A stretch of 64,000 nt of DNA from Chrysomallon squamiferum. Its lineage: Eukaryota; Animalia; Mollusca. Position numbers and translations under genes: made by a program. The notes under the pieces were generated by a model. It made no database searches, was not told the DNA's origin, and worked only from the letters and a program-made list of their open reading frames with translations. Below, piece after piece: positions 13,803-61,151 of this stretch. Within the stretch, counting starts at the first letter, position 1. Each line of letters opens with the position of its first letter. Where the stretch lies: positions 15,686,001-15,750,000 of the forward strand of contig CM022669.1 of the NCBI GenBank assembly GCA_012295275.1, read 5' to 3'.

Positions 13803-15735
13803 AAGAAAAGAAGAAAACATTAAAATATCTGCAAAGTTTTTGGTGATTTTGTCGTGCGATCGATTTGTGACCGGGTGAAAAAGTGATCAAGAAGTCATGC
13901 TTCCGATTTCCTCTGCTTAAGTGTAACGACTGCATGGCGTGTACAACGTCGCCCGTGATACGTAGTAATCGATCGTACACACACAACCCATTCATCAAAC
14001 GAAGCACTTTGCATATAGACGTTTACACCTCCCAGTAACTGACAGCGATACGACAACAACCGCTTTCGATTTTGTTGTCTTTTCCACGGCATCAGTGCAA
14101 CAGATTGTATCAGCGTGGTTTCTGTTTGATGTGCCTCAGGTAAATTTCGACAGAATATTATCATATTACGTTTGAAAATGTTTTATTGATTCGCCTACGT
14201 AATATTTTGTCGCTTATTCAACTCTACTCGTATAACACCAGCTACTGTTTTCACAAAGACAGAACAAAAAGAGAAAAAAACTACCCTGGATATTAAGTAT
14301 TGTAAATCTGAGGTCTGGCTATAATCACTATTTTATACTGAAACAATTACATATATTCATACATACGTATATACACACATACATATACATGCATGCACAT
14401 ATATCCTATGTGTTTAAACGCTATGACGTTTTATTATTATTATTTGTGATAGTGCTTATGTCGTAACTGGTGTTGTTATGTTCTTACAATTGCAAAAATA
14501 GGTAAAACAACAACAACCACTACAGCTATAAGTAATACTACTGTTATTACTACTACTACTACTACTACTACTAATAATAATAATAATAATACAACTACTG
14601 CTACTACTCCTACTTCTTCTACTTTTGATTTGAAATATCTGTAAAACTGTTACGTAAATGTCTTTCTAAATAGTGCTAATGGTGTGATTGCAGATACTAC
14701 TCTTATTTATAATGTTCTACTTATTTTGATTGTTTACTGGAGAATGTAACTGCAATATTATCGTTCGTTTGAGTACCCAATGAAAATATATTAAAATAAA
14801 TATCACTCTCTACTTTACGTTGTTTTCAAAATCCATTCAAGTTAGGTTCACATTTATCCTTACTGTTGTGAATATGTACCGGGGCAGGTATACAGAAATT
14901 GTCATTATTCTATATTGTATCTGCCATTAGCCCATTTATCTTTATTTTATTTCTTTCTAAGTCCTGATCTCGCGATAAATCTCGTTATATACACTCATTA
15001 AAATGTCAACAAAACACATAAAAAAAAAAAAAAAAAAAAAAGTCATTTTTTCATCTAAATCAATATACATTATTATTATTATTTTCTCGCTGTTGTCAGT
15101 GTATGGTGAAAAAAAAAAAAAAAAACACCAATATAAAAAGAAATAAAATGAAATAAATCTGGAAGAGATATCGGGATTGAAAATGTTAGACTTCAGGTAT
15201 CAAAACTTCAGTGATTTATTGTGACACAATGAAGCAGAAGGGTTTATTTTGTACAGACAAGTCTAGATTTTCATTCCTTAATCAACATTGATTCATGAAT
15301 GTTTTATTTGTTTTCTTTATTTTATTTTTCTTGGTAATAAGTAGATATCTGGAAGGCAATGTATGTCACGATAAAAATTCTAAAATAATCTAAATCTGAT
15401 TTTCAGTGAAGAAGATTTTAAGAAAGAAATATTCTAAGCACTATCGTCTCAACTGCAAGTTCTTGATCTGATTATATATATACACACACACACACGCACA
15501 CACACACATATATATATATATATAAATTGGAAGATTTTCGAGGCCAGAACTAGTTTGCGGTTTTCATTTGATATATAATAACAGTGTGTGTTTGTATCTG
15601 TCACACTTCGCTATAGTACTGTTTTTCGGTGGTACAGATTAATCAATTACGGCTGCATATCAAAATGTAAATTACGGGTTTGACTGAATTAATTTATTTA
15701 TAAATAGAAGTTTACTGGGTGTTTTCTTAACACAA

Positions 15736-15766
<31 letters not shown>

Positions 15767-15842
15767 ATATATAGTATGTACTGGCGTTAAACAATAAATA
15801 ATAAAAAACAAAAAACAAAACAAATCCAACACATATGTAATA

Positions 15843-15888
<46 letters not shown>

Positions 15889-16304
15889 CAAAGGACAACA
15901 GAATGTTCTCTAAATGCTTACAAAAGTACAAAATTAATCTACTTATTTCTATATCATATAAAAACAAATTATAATTTACATAACGCTCCTTATACCTTTG
16001 ATGGATTTAATAAGTATAAAATATTGATTATTATCTTTACAGACGTCTTTATATACATGTTAGATACGTATTTTATTTTTCTCTGTTAGACAGTAGAACT
16101 GTTGCGATGATGTTAGTGTTAGCGGTAGCAATAATATAATAAATAATTCATTAATCAGTTGATGATGATGATAATAATAATAATAATAATAATAATTATG
16201 TATGTTCGTGTGTGTGTGTATGTGTGTGTATGTATGTGTGTGTATGTATGTATGTATGTATGTATGTGTATGCATGTATGTGTGTTTGTGTGTGTTTGTG
16301 TGTG

Positions 16305-16338
<34 letters not shown>

Positions 16339-18088
16339 TGTATAGATATATATATATATTTGTATCATAAATGAACATTATTTAATTCATTAATCCATAT
16401 TACTGGTTGGTGATGTTAACAATAAAATCCATTCAGAAGCCAGAGCGTGGTCTTAGAACTAGCTTAAATATATATATATATATATATATTAACAAACAAA
16501 AACACTAATTCATATTCTTCTTTGTTAACAAATTTATATATGAAAAGTAAAACAATTAAATGATTTATTATTACATATAATAATGTTCTCACACATTCTT
16601 CTAGGGAATACACATTTATAATATTTCTAGTTACAGTTACTACGATTAAAATCCTATTACACATCATCAGCCTGTTGATTACATCCCACCTATTTGTACC
16701 CTGTTAAACTACTATTATTAAGAGTCCGGTAGTTTATTTCCTCAATATCGTATTAATACAACCTCACGATATTTGTAGTCAAGGTGTTGAGTTTCCTATC
16801 AAATATAATGTATTTGTGTTATTAAATTCTCTTATGCGTTATACAGAAATGAAGATAGGCCTAAAACGAAAATATTTTCAGGCTGTCACGCGATGTCTTT
16901 TAATGTTGTAGTAAGAAAATAATTAAATTTATAATAAAACCAAGTTCAGAGGTGTGCTGTACTAATGGATGGAGGTTTTATTTCCAAAGCAGACCTTTTT
17001 GTCGTACTTTCTGGGCTGTTTCATTATTAATTGTAATATCCAATACCACTGTACGGTATACGCTTTAGGCCTGTTTACGAGAACGTGAAAATAAAATATC
17101 TTTTATTGCGTAAAAGCATATTATTTAGTCATGTTCTCTCATGCAACCATTAACAAATCATACAAATGATGGTAGCTAATTTTTTCGTTTAATGAATATT
17201 TATTTTAAAAACAAAAGTGAAACATTCTAGTGCTTATAATAAAGTTAGACATAAATATCGCTTATATGCTGTCATGCACAAACGTACACCTCTATGCTAC
17301 AATTGATTATACTTTAATATAAAACATTATTGCATATAACGATCTTATTTACATTTTAATAATGACAATATGATACACTTCCATCTGACGTCAGATTAGT
17401 TTTTATTTCTTATATCTAGACTAAAATCTATTTTAATTACGACAGTTACAGAAAAACTAACAATAAACTGTTAACAAGATTATAAACCATAAATATTTAC
17501 ATAACTAAAACTTTGTGCATTTTAAGTTCAATGACGTAGCTTTCTGCTCTGAAAGACCTTTCAAAATCATTATTTTTAAATAAAATTAAAAACATTTAAT
17601 AGCTGATGTAGAAAAACAAATCTTCTGAAAATCTGAAAGGCGTCGTGATACATATAAAAAAATTATGTGATATCAATCATTAAATGTAACCAGTGAACTA
17701 TACAGATCGATTATTTATTGTTAATATCTTTATCATTACACAAAGTCCACATAGTCTTGTCACCAAGCGAAACTGAAATTTATAAAACTTAAAAATGTGC
17801 ATTCAGTTATTTCTGTGATAGTTTGGTAGTCAAAGAATGAAAGGAACATAAAATAAAGAACCTTAAATACATTCTGATCAAAATTTTACTTTCTTTCTTT
17901 CTATCTTTTTCTTTCTTAATTTCTTTCTTCCTTTTATTTCTTTCTATCATTTCTTTATTTATTAATAATACGTTGAAATCTTTCACTTGCATCTGACTGT
18001 GATAAATAGGTATACTGATGGATGTCTGGTCTGGATACTCTTTCATGATGTTTATATACACGTCTATTATGCGGGGATGGTAACACAT

Positions 18089-18141
<53 letters not shown>

Positions 18142-19240
18142 ACACACATATACACATATACATAGAACAGTTATTAAAATTCAATGTTATTATTTAATTC
18201 TTTGATAAATAGTTTTTGCTTGTAATAAAATGTAATAAAAAGAAATAGATAAACAGTTCACTAAATTAACATGCCAGAGATTTTAAGATTTATATTTCTA
18301 CGTAAGGGAATTCTGCTATGTTAACAGGGAAATTATATATTTCCATTATAAATCCATTTTCTGAAAGTTTATTTTTAGTTTATAACGATATTGAATATCA
18401 TTATTTTAACCTGAAACATTATTTTGTGCAAGTTTTCGAGTTTTGGCTGCATCAACAAGAGAAATCAATGTTTACATATATCCAGCGAGTCAGTATTCGG
18501 ATATAAAACTAAAAATAAAACTTCTTCTTTTGCATACATTTAAACATATAGAATCAATAAAACATAAACTGAACTTAACAGTGTTTACGTATACTGAACG
18601 TATAATTTTTGCATATACACAAGAATTCAACGTTTTCATATAAAATTATTCAAAATTAAATTCAACACACTGTGTCAGCATATATATAATATCACGAAGT
18701 TTTGCATATAATTCAATGTTCGATGTTACGTTTCTTACATAATATTATATTCAGGGTAAAATGTCTTCCTGGTATCCAGCCTAAGATGTCGATGTTTGCA
18801 TAAATATATTTAACACATAATGTCATGTTAGTACATATTCAGAATGTGAACATTTTGAATCTACTTTGCATATATTTGACAAATATTACGCCTTTTTCTC
18901 TGAGTCTTCTACTACTATATATATTTATATTTATATATGTATGTATGTATGTATCAACAATTTATGTCCCTATCTTAGTTTGTTATAAATAATTTTGAAA
19001 ATCTTTAAGCAGTCTCGGGATATTTTCTAAAAGTTTACTATTTCTTTCAACAATTTCAAGACTGGCTACAACGGTTTAGAAATATTTCAACAATCTCAAC
19101 AAACTCTTTACCAGCTTAATACAGTTTTCAACAGTATGAATCGACAGAGGTTTTCTATCTCTTACGCGTGACTTGTGTTTGGGGTATGAGTATTTATAAG
19201 TCTAGTAAGAATTTTGAAATAATCACAGAAATCAGACTCC

Positions 19241-50723
<31,483 letters not shown>

Positions 50724-52129
50724 CTGAAAGACAAGAAAATAGCACAGTGAAATCCAGCGTAGAGGTAGATAATTTTTAAAACACTGAGTATTTAGAAAAA
50801 TATTAAATGACACTTAGCAAAAATAGAAGGGAATATGTATTAATGAATGACTCAGTAGTATTTTTAGTGAAAATCAAATGTGTTTACATATATGAAATCA
50901 GTTTTATTTGTTGAATGTTTAATTACAGACATATGCACAAGAACATGCTCTATTTTTCATTATTATAATGTTTTACCTTTTTATAGAAGAAAGCACGACA
51001 TTTTTGTATTACGCTAGAGCTAACATTTAACAGGCAATCTCTGAAGATATTTTCCTTTGTATGAACATGTCACTGTTTACCTTAATAATCATTTTAAAAA
51101 CGTGAAAATTAATAAACCGCCTAACTGAGTAAATAACAACTATTAAACTAAAAGTTTAAGTAAGAAACATAATTCAACATCAGGTAGTTTCTATGTCACT
51201 TTGATCCAGTTCATTATTAATAGTAGTATTGTTGCTGTTGTTGTTTTACTTTAAAAAATTGCATTTGTTTTATGTATGTATTTATTTATTTGTTTGTTTG
51301 ATTAGTATGACAAAATTCCTCAAACGATTCCCAGTAACAGGCTAATGACCTGGGATCATAAGTAGGTCAAAAAGTAACCTTTAATGGCTTACCTACAGAT
51401 TTAACCAGTTAACCGCATTGTACTAAAACGTTAGTACTATTGACGTTTAATTATATTCTTCTTTGAAGAAAAAGTATCTTTGAAATTCAGTTCAGAGTGT
51501 GATGTTTTGAAAGATCAAAGAACTTCGGTAGAGATAAAATGGTGACCTAAATTTGAAAAACAAAACCCACGTATGTGATTTTTGAATATTTTTGTTTCTA
51601 AATCCTTAACAACTAACGTTCTGCAGATATTTATTACTTTTTTATTTAATACATCATTTTCCTTCCATTTTCCTTTTCTTCCACGACATTTCTGCATAGT
51701 TTTACATCAAGTTTTAAAATAACAGTTGAAACAGTACTGTTTTCTTTAACACTTTTACACCAAACACTGTTGTTGGCAGCATTAAGAGAAAAGGCATAAT
51801 ATTTGCATTTATAACTGTTTTGTAATAACAGATTACAGTTGTACTGCAGTAACATTTAGCAATATTAAAAGCCTGTACTCATTATCGGCATAATCTAGCT
51901 TAACCTTTGCACTGTGCGAACCACTACTTGAGCTAAGTACTAAAATATTAATAACTACTGAGACTTAGCGTATTTTTACTTGCTGTAATGAAGTTGAATA
52001 ACGCCTGTGTCTAGACATTTACACAGAGCATTAATTTGTCAAAAAACTTTAAAATAATTTTGAATAAAATAGACAATGTTTTTTTCGTGCAATAAAATTG
52101 ATTAAGGTTCATTATAAGAATGTCACTTC

Positions 52130-52181
<52 letters not shown>

Positions 52182-52726
52182 TACGTACATTATCATTAAG
52201 CAGTATAGCGAATGTCGCTAATTCAAACAATTATGTCTACATAATTATAGCCTGCAGTAACACAACTAAGATAATATATGTCATTTTTTCGATTAAAGTA
52301 GCTTTAATATTTCGTTTGAGCTTTGATATTTACTGAACTCTATTGTACAATTACTACACTGAAAAAATATAACTAATATAACTGCTTCATTTAGAACTAT
52401 AAATATAAAAGTCGACGTCTATATGACAGAAGTGCTTTTAAACTCGATTGGTATAAATAGGATCATTATTTTTTTTCCACGTTCAGTTTCCGTGAAGTAA
52501 GTTCGATACTAAAATAGGAGTAACTGTCTCTGCTAGTTTTCTCTTTCTGTTAATATGGTTGGAAAATAAAATAGCAAGAATGAGGTGAACTATAAATAAT
52601 TATAAGAAAAAAAGAAGAAGAAGAAGAAGAAAAAGTAAATTAGGAAAAAAAGAAGAAACATCATGTTCGCCCATATATATATATATATTCACACACACAC
52701 ACATACATACATAAGTACATTATACA

Positions 52727-52764
<38 letters not shown>

Positions 52765-54448
52765 TATATGCATATTTACCACACCCTCTCAGTCAGACAT
52801 TATATAATTAAATACTGCTCTACTATTTCCTTAATTATTCTGCCATAAAGATTTTCAAATGTAAAACAGGTACAAAACATTTTATATTTATTTTTGTCCA
52901 CGACTCAAGTTAAAATTTACGCTACAGTTGGCAACAACGTAGGGTTGTAATAAATATATATATATATATATATATAACCTGAGCTGTGTTTGTTTGGCAA
53001 ATTAAATTATATTTTGATAGAAAACAGCCGGAGGCCGTCAAAAAGGATACAGCCGATGATTTTTAATATTACCAGATAATGACACGTCTTCGTGCAAACT
53101 TGATTTCGATACAGTAAAAATAATAGTCAGTTGAATTTGAAATATTTCATGAATCTTCTTTTAATGGGGCTCTGTGTAGCTGCGTGTTTGGCGTCCCGCG
53201 TTGTCAGACATTTAAAGAATGGACGAGGTATGTGAGACACTCGACAACTGACCCTGCACCCGACACAAAACAAGTTAAATGAACTCGTGTGGCCGCATCA
53301 CTCGGTTTCGGGTTTTTGTTATTTCCTTGATGTAATTGACGTTTATGTGCTTATCGCGACTGCGTATCTTACGACGAAAAGTCGTAAAAAAAAACTAATG
53401 TTCGCTATTATATACCATCTACTTCGGGGTTTCTGACTGTGTCTTCTATGTTTTATTTCATTATTTATTTTATTTTTTTCTTCTCTTTCTTATTTGTCTA
53501 TTTTATATATGTGTTTTCTTCTTTATATTAGTCTGTGTGTATGTTTATATGTTCATGTGTATAATACTTATGGATGGATGTATATCCACAGATTGGTTTG
53601 CCCATCTTTATCATTATCATTTTCAGTTGTACTTTTTGTTCCTTCTTGTCCGTCCTTAGTTTCGTGTTTGTATTACACTCTGACATAAATAAAGAATTTG
53701 ATTTCTTTAATATATCTAGAACAAAGCGCACGGATTATTTCCATACAGGTCAGTTAATGTCTGTCAGGAATGCTATATTCCATCTCTTCAAACGCATTTA
53801 TGAAAACTCGAATAGGCCAGATTTTAAATTCAACAGTTACAGTTGCAGTATGATTTCAAAAGAAGATAAATTGTCTATACTGTTTCATTCTCCTATATTT
53901 TAAATAGCGACACAATGATAAAACTACGCTGGAAATCTCTGGGAACGATCCAGAAATACTCCAGAATTTGATTCCATCATACTGCAGACACGGGTGTTGT
54001 GAAAACTCAGGTTCTATTTACGGAACTGTTATGGCTATCAATTTGTGTTACACAAAACGCGATGACAGCGTGGATATTTCTGTATGTTTTGTACTGATTT
54101 TATTGTCTATGTTCAGTTAAGCTACTGAAACGTTATCAACGCTTGCTTTGAAGTTTTTTCCTAACAAAAATTGTGTTAAATAGAAGCGACATTTGATCTT
54201 ATGAACAAAAATAGATGCCGATTACGTCAAACAACAATATATAATAGATGTCAGGTACTGCAAGGTGCAAATAAACTAAAATACTCTGGCGCTTGACTTT
54301 TTACTTCGACTATTTAAAGCTAGGGGCGAAAGATCTGGAGAACATTTTACATTTTTCAATGTTTTTTTTTTTTTCTTTTTTCTTTATTAAATATGAAAAC
54401 AAAGAAACAAGGAAACGAATGAATAAATATGGAAACCAGATGAACAAA

Positions 54449-54499
<51 letters not shown>

Positions 54500-56041
54500 A
54501 GGAATATAAAAGTCAGTGATTTGCACTGTTTGATAATATTATTTATAATCTTATGATTTATTATAATTTTTAAACAGATTTCCCTAATTTCTAAATCGTC
54601 TTAGAATTTTTGTTATAATTTGACTACAGCTATTTTAATATCCGAGCTTTGCCGTGAAAACAGTTATCAAAGGATGTGTTGTTAGATTATGCTTTTCAGT
54701 CCATGAAATTAATGGAAAAGTGTGTTCCCTTTCTATATACTATTACACGTTAAAATAATTAAATGTTGGCGAATTGTAGAAACCGACTCAAGGTGCTGTA
54801 TTAGAGAACGTCATAACAAATTTTTGCTTTTCTCTCGTTTTCAAATCTTAATGCTATACTCTCTATATCTGGATAACAAAAGTAACTTTATATACAAATA
54901 ATTAACGACTGATTTATTGTTTATTATCTTATTACCACTTGTGTACATAACTTACCCATGCTGACTAATGATTAATGCAGAATGAAAATATGAACATTAC
55001 GTAACAATTAAATCCTAGCAAGCCGGATTTCTAAGTAAATATATTACGCTTACACTAGCTCTGTAAGTCGAAAATACATTTTTCGTTCTTTCATGTAGAC
55101 CGTTTCAAAGAAACGTGAACAATCTTAAAGGTTATGTGTAGTGTTTATACACGTGACATCTATTATTGTGTAAATTCTTCGCTAATTTGCTCTGACGCGG
55201 GCCAGTCTCAAGTTTAACATTAATGTAAGTAAACATTTCTCAACAAAACTCGGTTTCATATCTCAGAAACACTCAGAAAGAGCAGGTTCAGACGATTACC
55301 GGTAGTAATGAATGAGTTCTTCATTACACGCTTTATAGGAAATATAAATCTTTCAGTTTAATTGACATAATGAGTTAAGTACGTTGATCTAAGGGGTAGG
55401 AGGCTGCCTACAATAAACACCTCACCCACAATACAGTGCTTGTTTGTTACTATTCTTTGTAATAATACCTGCTTTATGTTGAATTATATCCATTGTAATT
55501 ACAGTCCTTTTTCCTGAAATCGTAGATCTTTGGCTAAATAATAAATCCTAACTCAGCCTAGACATGATGGCGCAGTGGTAAATCCTTTTAAGGCAAGAAC
55601 AAAAAATTAGTTTTCAGTATAAAAAATGATTCAATACTTTCATATAATGTGGTGGGTGAAACTGCACGTATAGATGACGGACAATGTAAAAAAAAAAAAA
55701 AATGCATGTCATTAGATAGCTCAGAGTCGAAATTCAGCACTTTTACTTGCAGAATGAAGCAATGCCGAGCTGCCAACTCATGTTACTTCGATGCACTAAA
55801 ACATCAATATATTAATAGCAAATTATCACGATAGCGCACCGTTCGTCATTCTGCTAGTATGCCAAACTATCATGAAATCTGATTAGATACGAATAAATAA
55901 ATAAATAATTATATTTACTGCTTATTTATTTAAGAAGATATCAGAAGATGGAAATAACAAAATATCGGTAAAACAGAAATATTTCAAGTCAGTTAGTACG
56001 TTAGTTTAAATGCATTTACATTTAAGTTCATTTGCCATGAC

Positions 56042-56044
<3 letters not shown>

Positions 56045-56131
<87 letters not shown>
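56045..56131. repeat. (CT)n microsatellite
   Basis: Direct reading. Confidence 0.95.
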
Positions 56132-56138
<7 letters not shown>

Positions 56139-59100
56139 ATGTATGTACACGCATACCTTCATTTACACAAAGTCTTGGTAACATTCCATATAATGGGTTA
56201 GAAACGTATAATATCATATCAGACAATGTCCTTTAACAACCTCGGGTGTCGTATTCATGTCAGAACTTGAGTCGTTTTACAGACTTCTTACACTGCCGAC
56301 ATTTGAAGCTGTAAAACAGTATTAAAACATGATGCCCCTTATTCTCTTGCTATAGTGGTTGACCCTCCTGTGTGCCAGTTCATCAGATACGCTATAAGCG
56401 ATTAACCACCAACAAAGCAAATGTCACACAGTTTTGTCACCGCGGCTATCCCCGATCAACTTGCTAGATTAACTAACAGAGTGCTCGCAGGATAATGGCG
56501 AAGATATGAAGACGTCATTTATAACGCAAAGTAATTTCAAGCAACTAATCGACCTTAAAGATGCTTGAGCACAGAATAGATGTGTCATTAATTTCGGACT
56601 TGGAAATGGCTGTAGATGGTAATTATATGCTACAACATACCCCTAAGTCGCCCTGTGATACAACGGGTAACGGAGGGGATGTTGGTTTACTGGACGCCTT
56701 TCGGCGTTTGATAATAATCTGGTCTCATTCAGCTGTTTATTTCGATTAATTAATTCACAGGTGAAATATCATATCGGTATTTACGTATGCGTCGTTAAGA
56801 TTTCTGTCTTATTTTTACTTCGTGGCTTCATTATTGTTATTATTATTATTATTAATATTATTATTATTGGTATTGTTGTTGTTGTTGTTGTTGTTGTTTT
56901 CACAATCATCAGCATAATCAGCATCATCATTATTTGATTCTCTTTTGTTTTCGATTTATTGCTTTTTCTTTCTTGTTATATATGCACATATAAATGTACA
57001 TAATTATTAAACAATACAAAACAAAATATTAAAAAACACATCAAGTGGCGGCAACAACAACAACAACAACAAAATTAAAAAGAAGTAGTTAAAAACCTTA
57101 CAAAACAAATATTCATTTTCATCTGTCATAGGATTAGTCTAATCTTGGAGATTTATTAAGTAATACAGCAGGATTTCTAGTCTTATGGAGATTCTGCTTG
57201 CCAAAAATCCTAATCCACAAATCCAGTGAGATTCATTATTCACCTCGTTCTGAACAGTTGTTCTAGCCAGCTAGATCCTCGACCGTTGTACAAGAGAAAT
57301 ACATATTTCAAATCAAAATGGCAATGTCACTTTGGCTCCAGAGCAGCTAGAGAAAGTAATTGAATTGCGTGTGAACATTATTCTCTCGTTTCTAGTTGTC
57401 TCAGCAACATCTTAAGAATTCACTTATCGGCAAAATTTATCTATTCACACACAAAAAGACGCCAAACCGAACGACAGTAGAGGATTCCATTGTTCGGCTT
57501 CACCATTTAAATTTATTTCTCGTATTACTGTCTTGAGATTACGTTTTATTTTCAAACCTTATTTGGTTACAGTTAATGATTCCGATTAACTTTGCTTTCA
57601 TTGCTTTGTTTGCTGTTATTTTGTTTTGAGTTGTTGTTTTTTTTTTGGTTCTTTTTTATGTTCTTTCGCTTGTTTGTTTGTTTGGCTTTGTTGTTGTTGA
57701 TGTTGTTGTTTGTTGTTTTTGGTTTGTTCGTGTTGTTGTTCCCACTCGAACATCAAAGAAATGTTCAAAAAAATAAAACAAAAACCCCCAGAAAGAATAG
57801 CTATAGAAATGTATGATGTATGTCTAAATTCATAACCAATTAACAATATTAATATTTTCTTACATAAACCAAAAGCGGAACAGTTTTTAAATTGGACGAA
57901 GTATTTTATAGTCAACTCGAAAGATGAAAATGAACTATTGTTATTCTATTTTCTGCTTTTCATTAAAAAGAAACAAGTTGTACGTACATCTTTCTAACTG
58001 CATGTTAGCACGGAATTTAATTACGTAATTTTCGTATACTGAGTGTATCTAGAAAAAGCGTAACTAATGAACAGAATGTAATCCTCCTATTTAATATTTC
58101 TACCAGTAAACTAGAACCTATTTCTTTGTAATCAAACAATTTTACAGACAAAACAAACTACGCTTTTACTTACTTGTTAAACAAATAATGTGAGAATTCA
58201 AAACAAACTAGAAATGATTTACAGAATAAACTGTGCTGTTGGCAAACAGTTTGCTGTGATTATATCCAAACAGGCGCCAGTATAAAGAATCTTGTTCTTT
58301 CTTATTTGTTTATCAAAACGTACATTAGCCGATTAAGATACATATAAACATATTAATGAAGATTCAAATGTTGGTTTTGATACAAATTCTCTTTAGTACT
58401 ATCATGAATCGCTTTTCCAACCTGTCTGAATGATAATATCGAATGCCGTTTTATGTCAAACGATTAATTAAGATTTATATGCAAAAAAAAAAAAAAAAAA
58501 AAAAAACCGAAAAATATCAGAAATTTCATTAAAACAATTTTTCTTTAAAATTTAATTTCAAATAACTCATGCAAGAAATTTATTCTGTTTTTAATTAAAA
58601 ATGAATAATATCAGCAACAGAAGGAGCAGCAGCAGCAACAACAACAACAACAAACGTAGTAATAATAATAAGAAAAATCTTCTAGGGTTCAGTAATTTAT
58701 AGAAAGTTAGAAATAGATCTTTGAAAACTGTATCTTAGTATCTTGCAGTTGTTCTGTAGACAACAGTTTAGTATTGAGACATTGTGTATCTAGATTCGGA
58801 CAGTTAAATCTGCCCTACATCAACTAGAATTATAGCGTGGAAAATTTAATATCAATTAATCAGATTGAAGTGGCGCCTTTTGTAATGGGATAGGACTCCG
58901 TTCGACAGAAAGAACACATGATCACACCTCTTGCTATCAAAGCCAGGACAGGCCTTTCTTACAAGAGAATAAGTTTATTACGCCGTCTTTTCAAGAGGGT
59001 CTGGGTGTGAATATTTATAACAGTATTCGTTACGTACGAGGTAGGCAGCACCTCTGATGGGGGTCATAGTTCTGGACTGACTTGTGAACATGAAGCTTTG

Positions 59101-61090
59101 CTTTAGCTCTGACCATCGACACTGATAATCCCACGAAAGTTACGTGACAGACTGGGCAATCCTTTAATGGAAAATCATTGCGCACCTTGAAATAAGAAGG
59201 CTCAGTATTTCACTAGTTCTCTTATGTCCTTTCTGTCTTCTTTTTAAGATCTTGGACAACTTTAGTACTCACCTTTCTCAGCAGTAATCCTACTTTAACT
59301 ACATTAAAGATTAGATGGTCGTTTAATGATAGTATCTTTATTCAATTAAAGAAAGAAAAAAAGAAAAAAAGAAAAAAGAAAGAAGGCTGGATGTCATTAT
59401 CTGTAATGTTATTTCTTTTTGATTTTTAAATATTTCTGGAATAGATTGTGAGTATTTATCTATGTGATTGATTTTCAAGGAGCATGATTTAGTTTCTGTT
59501 TCACTTGTTTATTTTTGCTGTCTTTTGTTATTGCTCTTTTTACTTTATTTTAGTTATTTTGTATACATATCCTGCTTTCATTCTGTTTTCCTAATTAAAT
59601 CCAAACCCAGTGATTCCCAGTCTAGGAAAAACAAAGTATTGCAGTGAGCGTCTTGTAGTTTGATTTAAATTACATGTTTTTATCAAGTGCAAAGAAGTGC
59701 TAGATGAAGAAGGAAAAGCAATCACAAGTATGTGAAAGGAGCAGCTTGATATAAAAAAAGGACGCGAAGGGTGTAGCACTACGCAAAGTGCATTAAGGAG
59801 AAGTAAAAGGAAAGGGAAACGAAAACAGCTGAACGATCTACAAACCAGCCTTTCATTCATCCAGTTTACATCCCACCTTCCACTCCTCCACATTCCATCT
59901 TTGCACCAATCTCTTCATCCATTCGTCCATAAAATACACGCATATATACATCCATCCATACATACATACATCCGTCGTGACATACATGCATCTGACTATC
60001 AAGCTGAGCATAAAAAATATATTTCTTCAGTCAACAGGTTTAATTAGTTAATAATGAAAGTTATTAAAGAAGGTTACAGCATCACAAACAAGAACAACAG
60101 CAACATACTACACGCACAAAATTACTTGTTTGTCTTTCTCTAGTGTGTATAAAATGTGAAAAGAATAGGTTTCTTCTCAAATATCCTACATCCATCTGTT
60201 AATATAATTTTGAATTTAATAACTGTACATTAATAATAATAATAAGAAGAAGAAGAAGAAGAAAAAATATCCGATTTTTTGTTGTATTATTCAAGTTCAT
60301 TAAGTGATTTATTCGTTTTTTTTCGTTCATTTATTTGTTGATTCATTTATTAGTTCGTAAACTATAATAAGCGCTGGAAAAAAAAAAAAAAAAAAAAAAA
60401 AGACAAATGGTCTCACGCATTAACACACATTACCATGCACGATACGGGACAACATAAATCAGTGGTCAGCAGATATAATCAGCTGTGGGTAGCCGCTGGG
60501 GCGACATGTTTTATCACCATAACTATTTTCGTAAAGCATATCTCGAGAAAAAACAGGAAACCATAAAGCGCAGCCTTGAGTGTCTCTAACAATCACGGAA
60601 GAAACCTCTGCTGGCCTCTTACAACACAAATAGCAGAACGAGCTTCACAGAATCTACATCAGTGTCCAATATAGATAAGAATTAGAAAGTTGCAAAATAC
60701 GTGTGGTATTTATGTATTAACATTCCATGTGTGTATGTAGAAAATGAAAAAGAAAAAGAAAGAACGCTACCAGAAGGAAATAGAGAATATATCTATGTAA
60801 GGGATCGAACAAATAAATAAATGAATTGTTAATGTGAAGTGCGGCAAACATTGTGAAACTGGAGTGAATATCGGTTCGCAGATCAGTAAACGATATAATT
60901 ATTTGTTTTTAAAACAAAGTTGATATTTGCGATATTCAATGTTTTTGAGATGATATTAGTCCCAGCTGTATTACAATGCTGAAAACAATAGCCACCACTT
61001 CAGCAACAACAACTACATCTATGTAAGTCATCATCATCATCACATCATCATCATCATCATTATTATTATTAATTATTATTATTATTATTA

Positions 61091-61151
<61 letters not shown>

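Noticed and set aside
13687-14007. ORF containing AMQS upstream of the Amt exons
   Set aside because: No hydrophobic TM1 and no donor after MQS, so it is a chance match.
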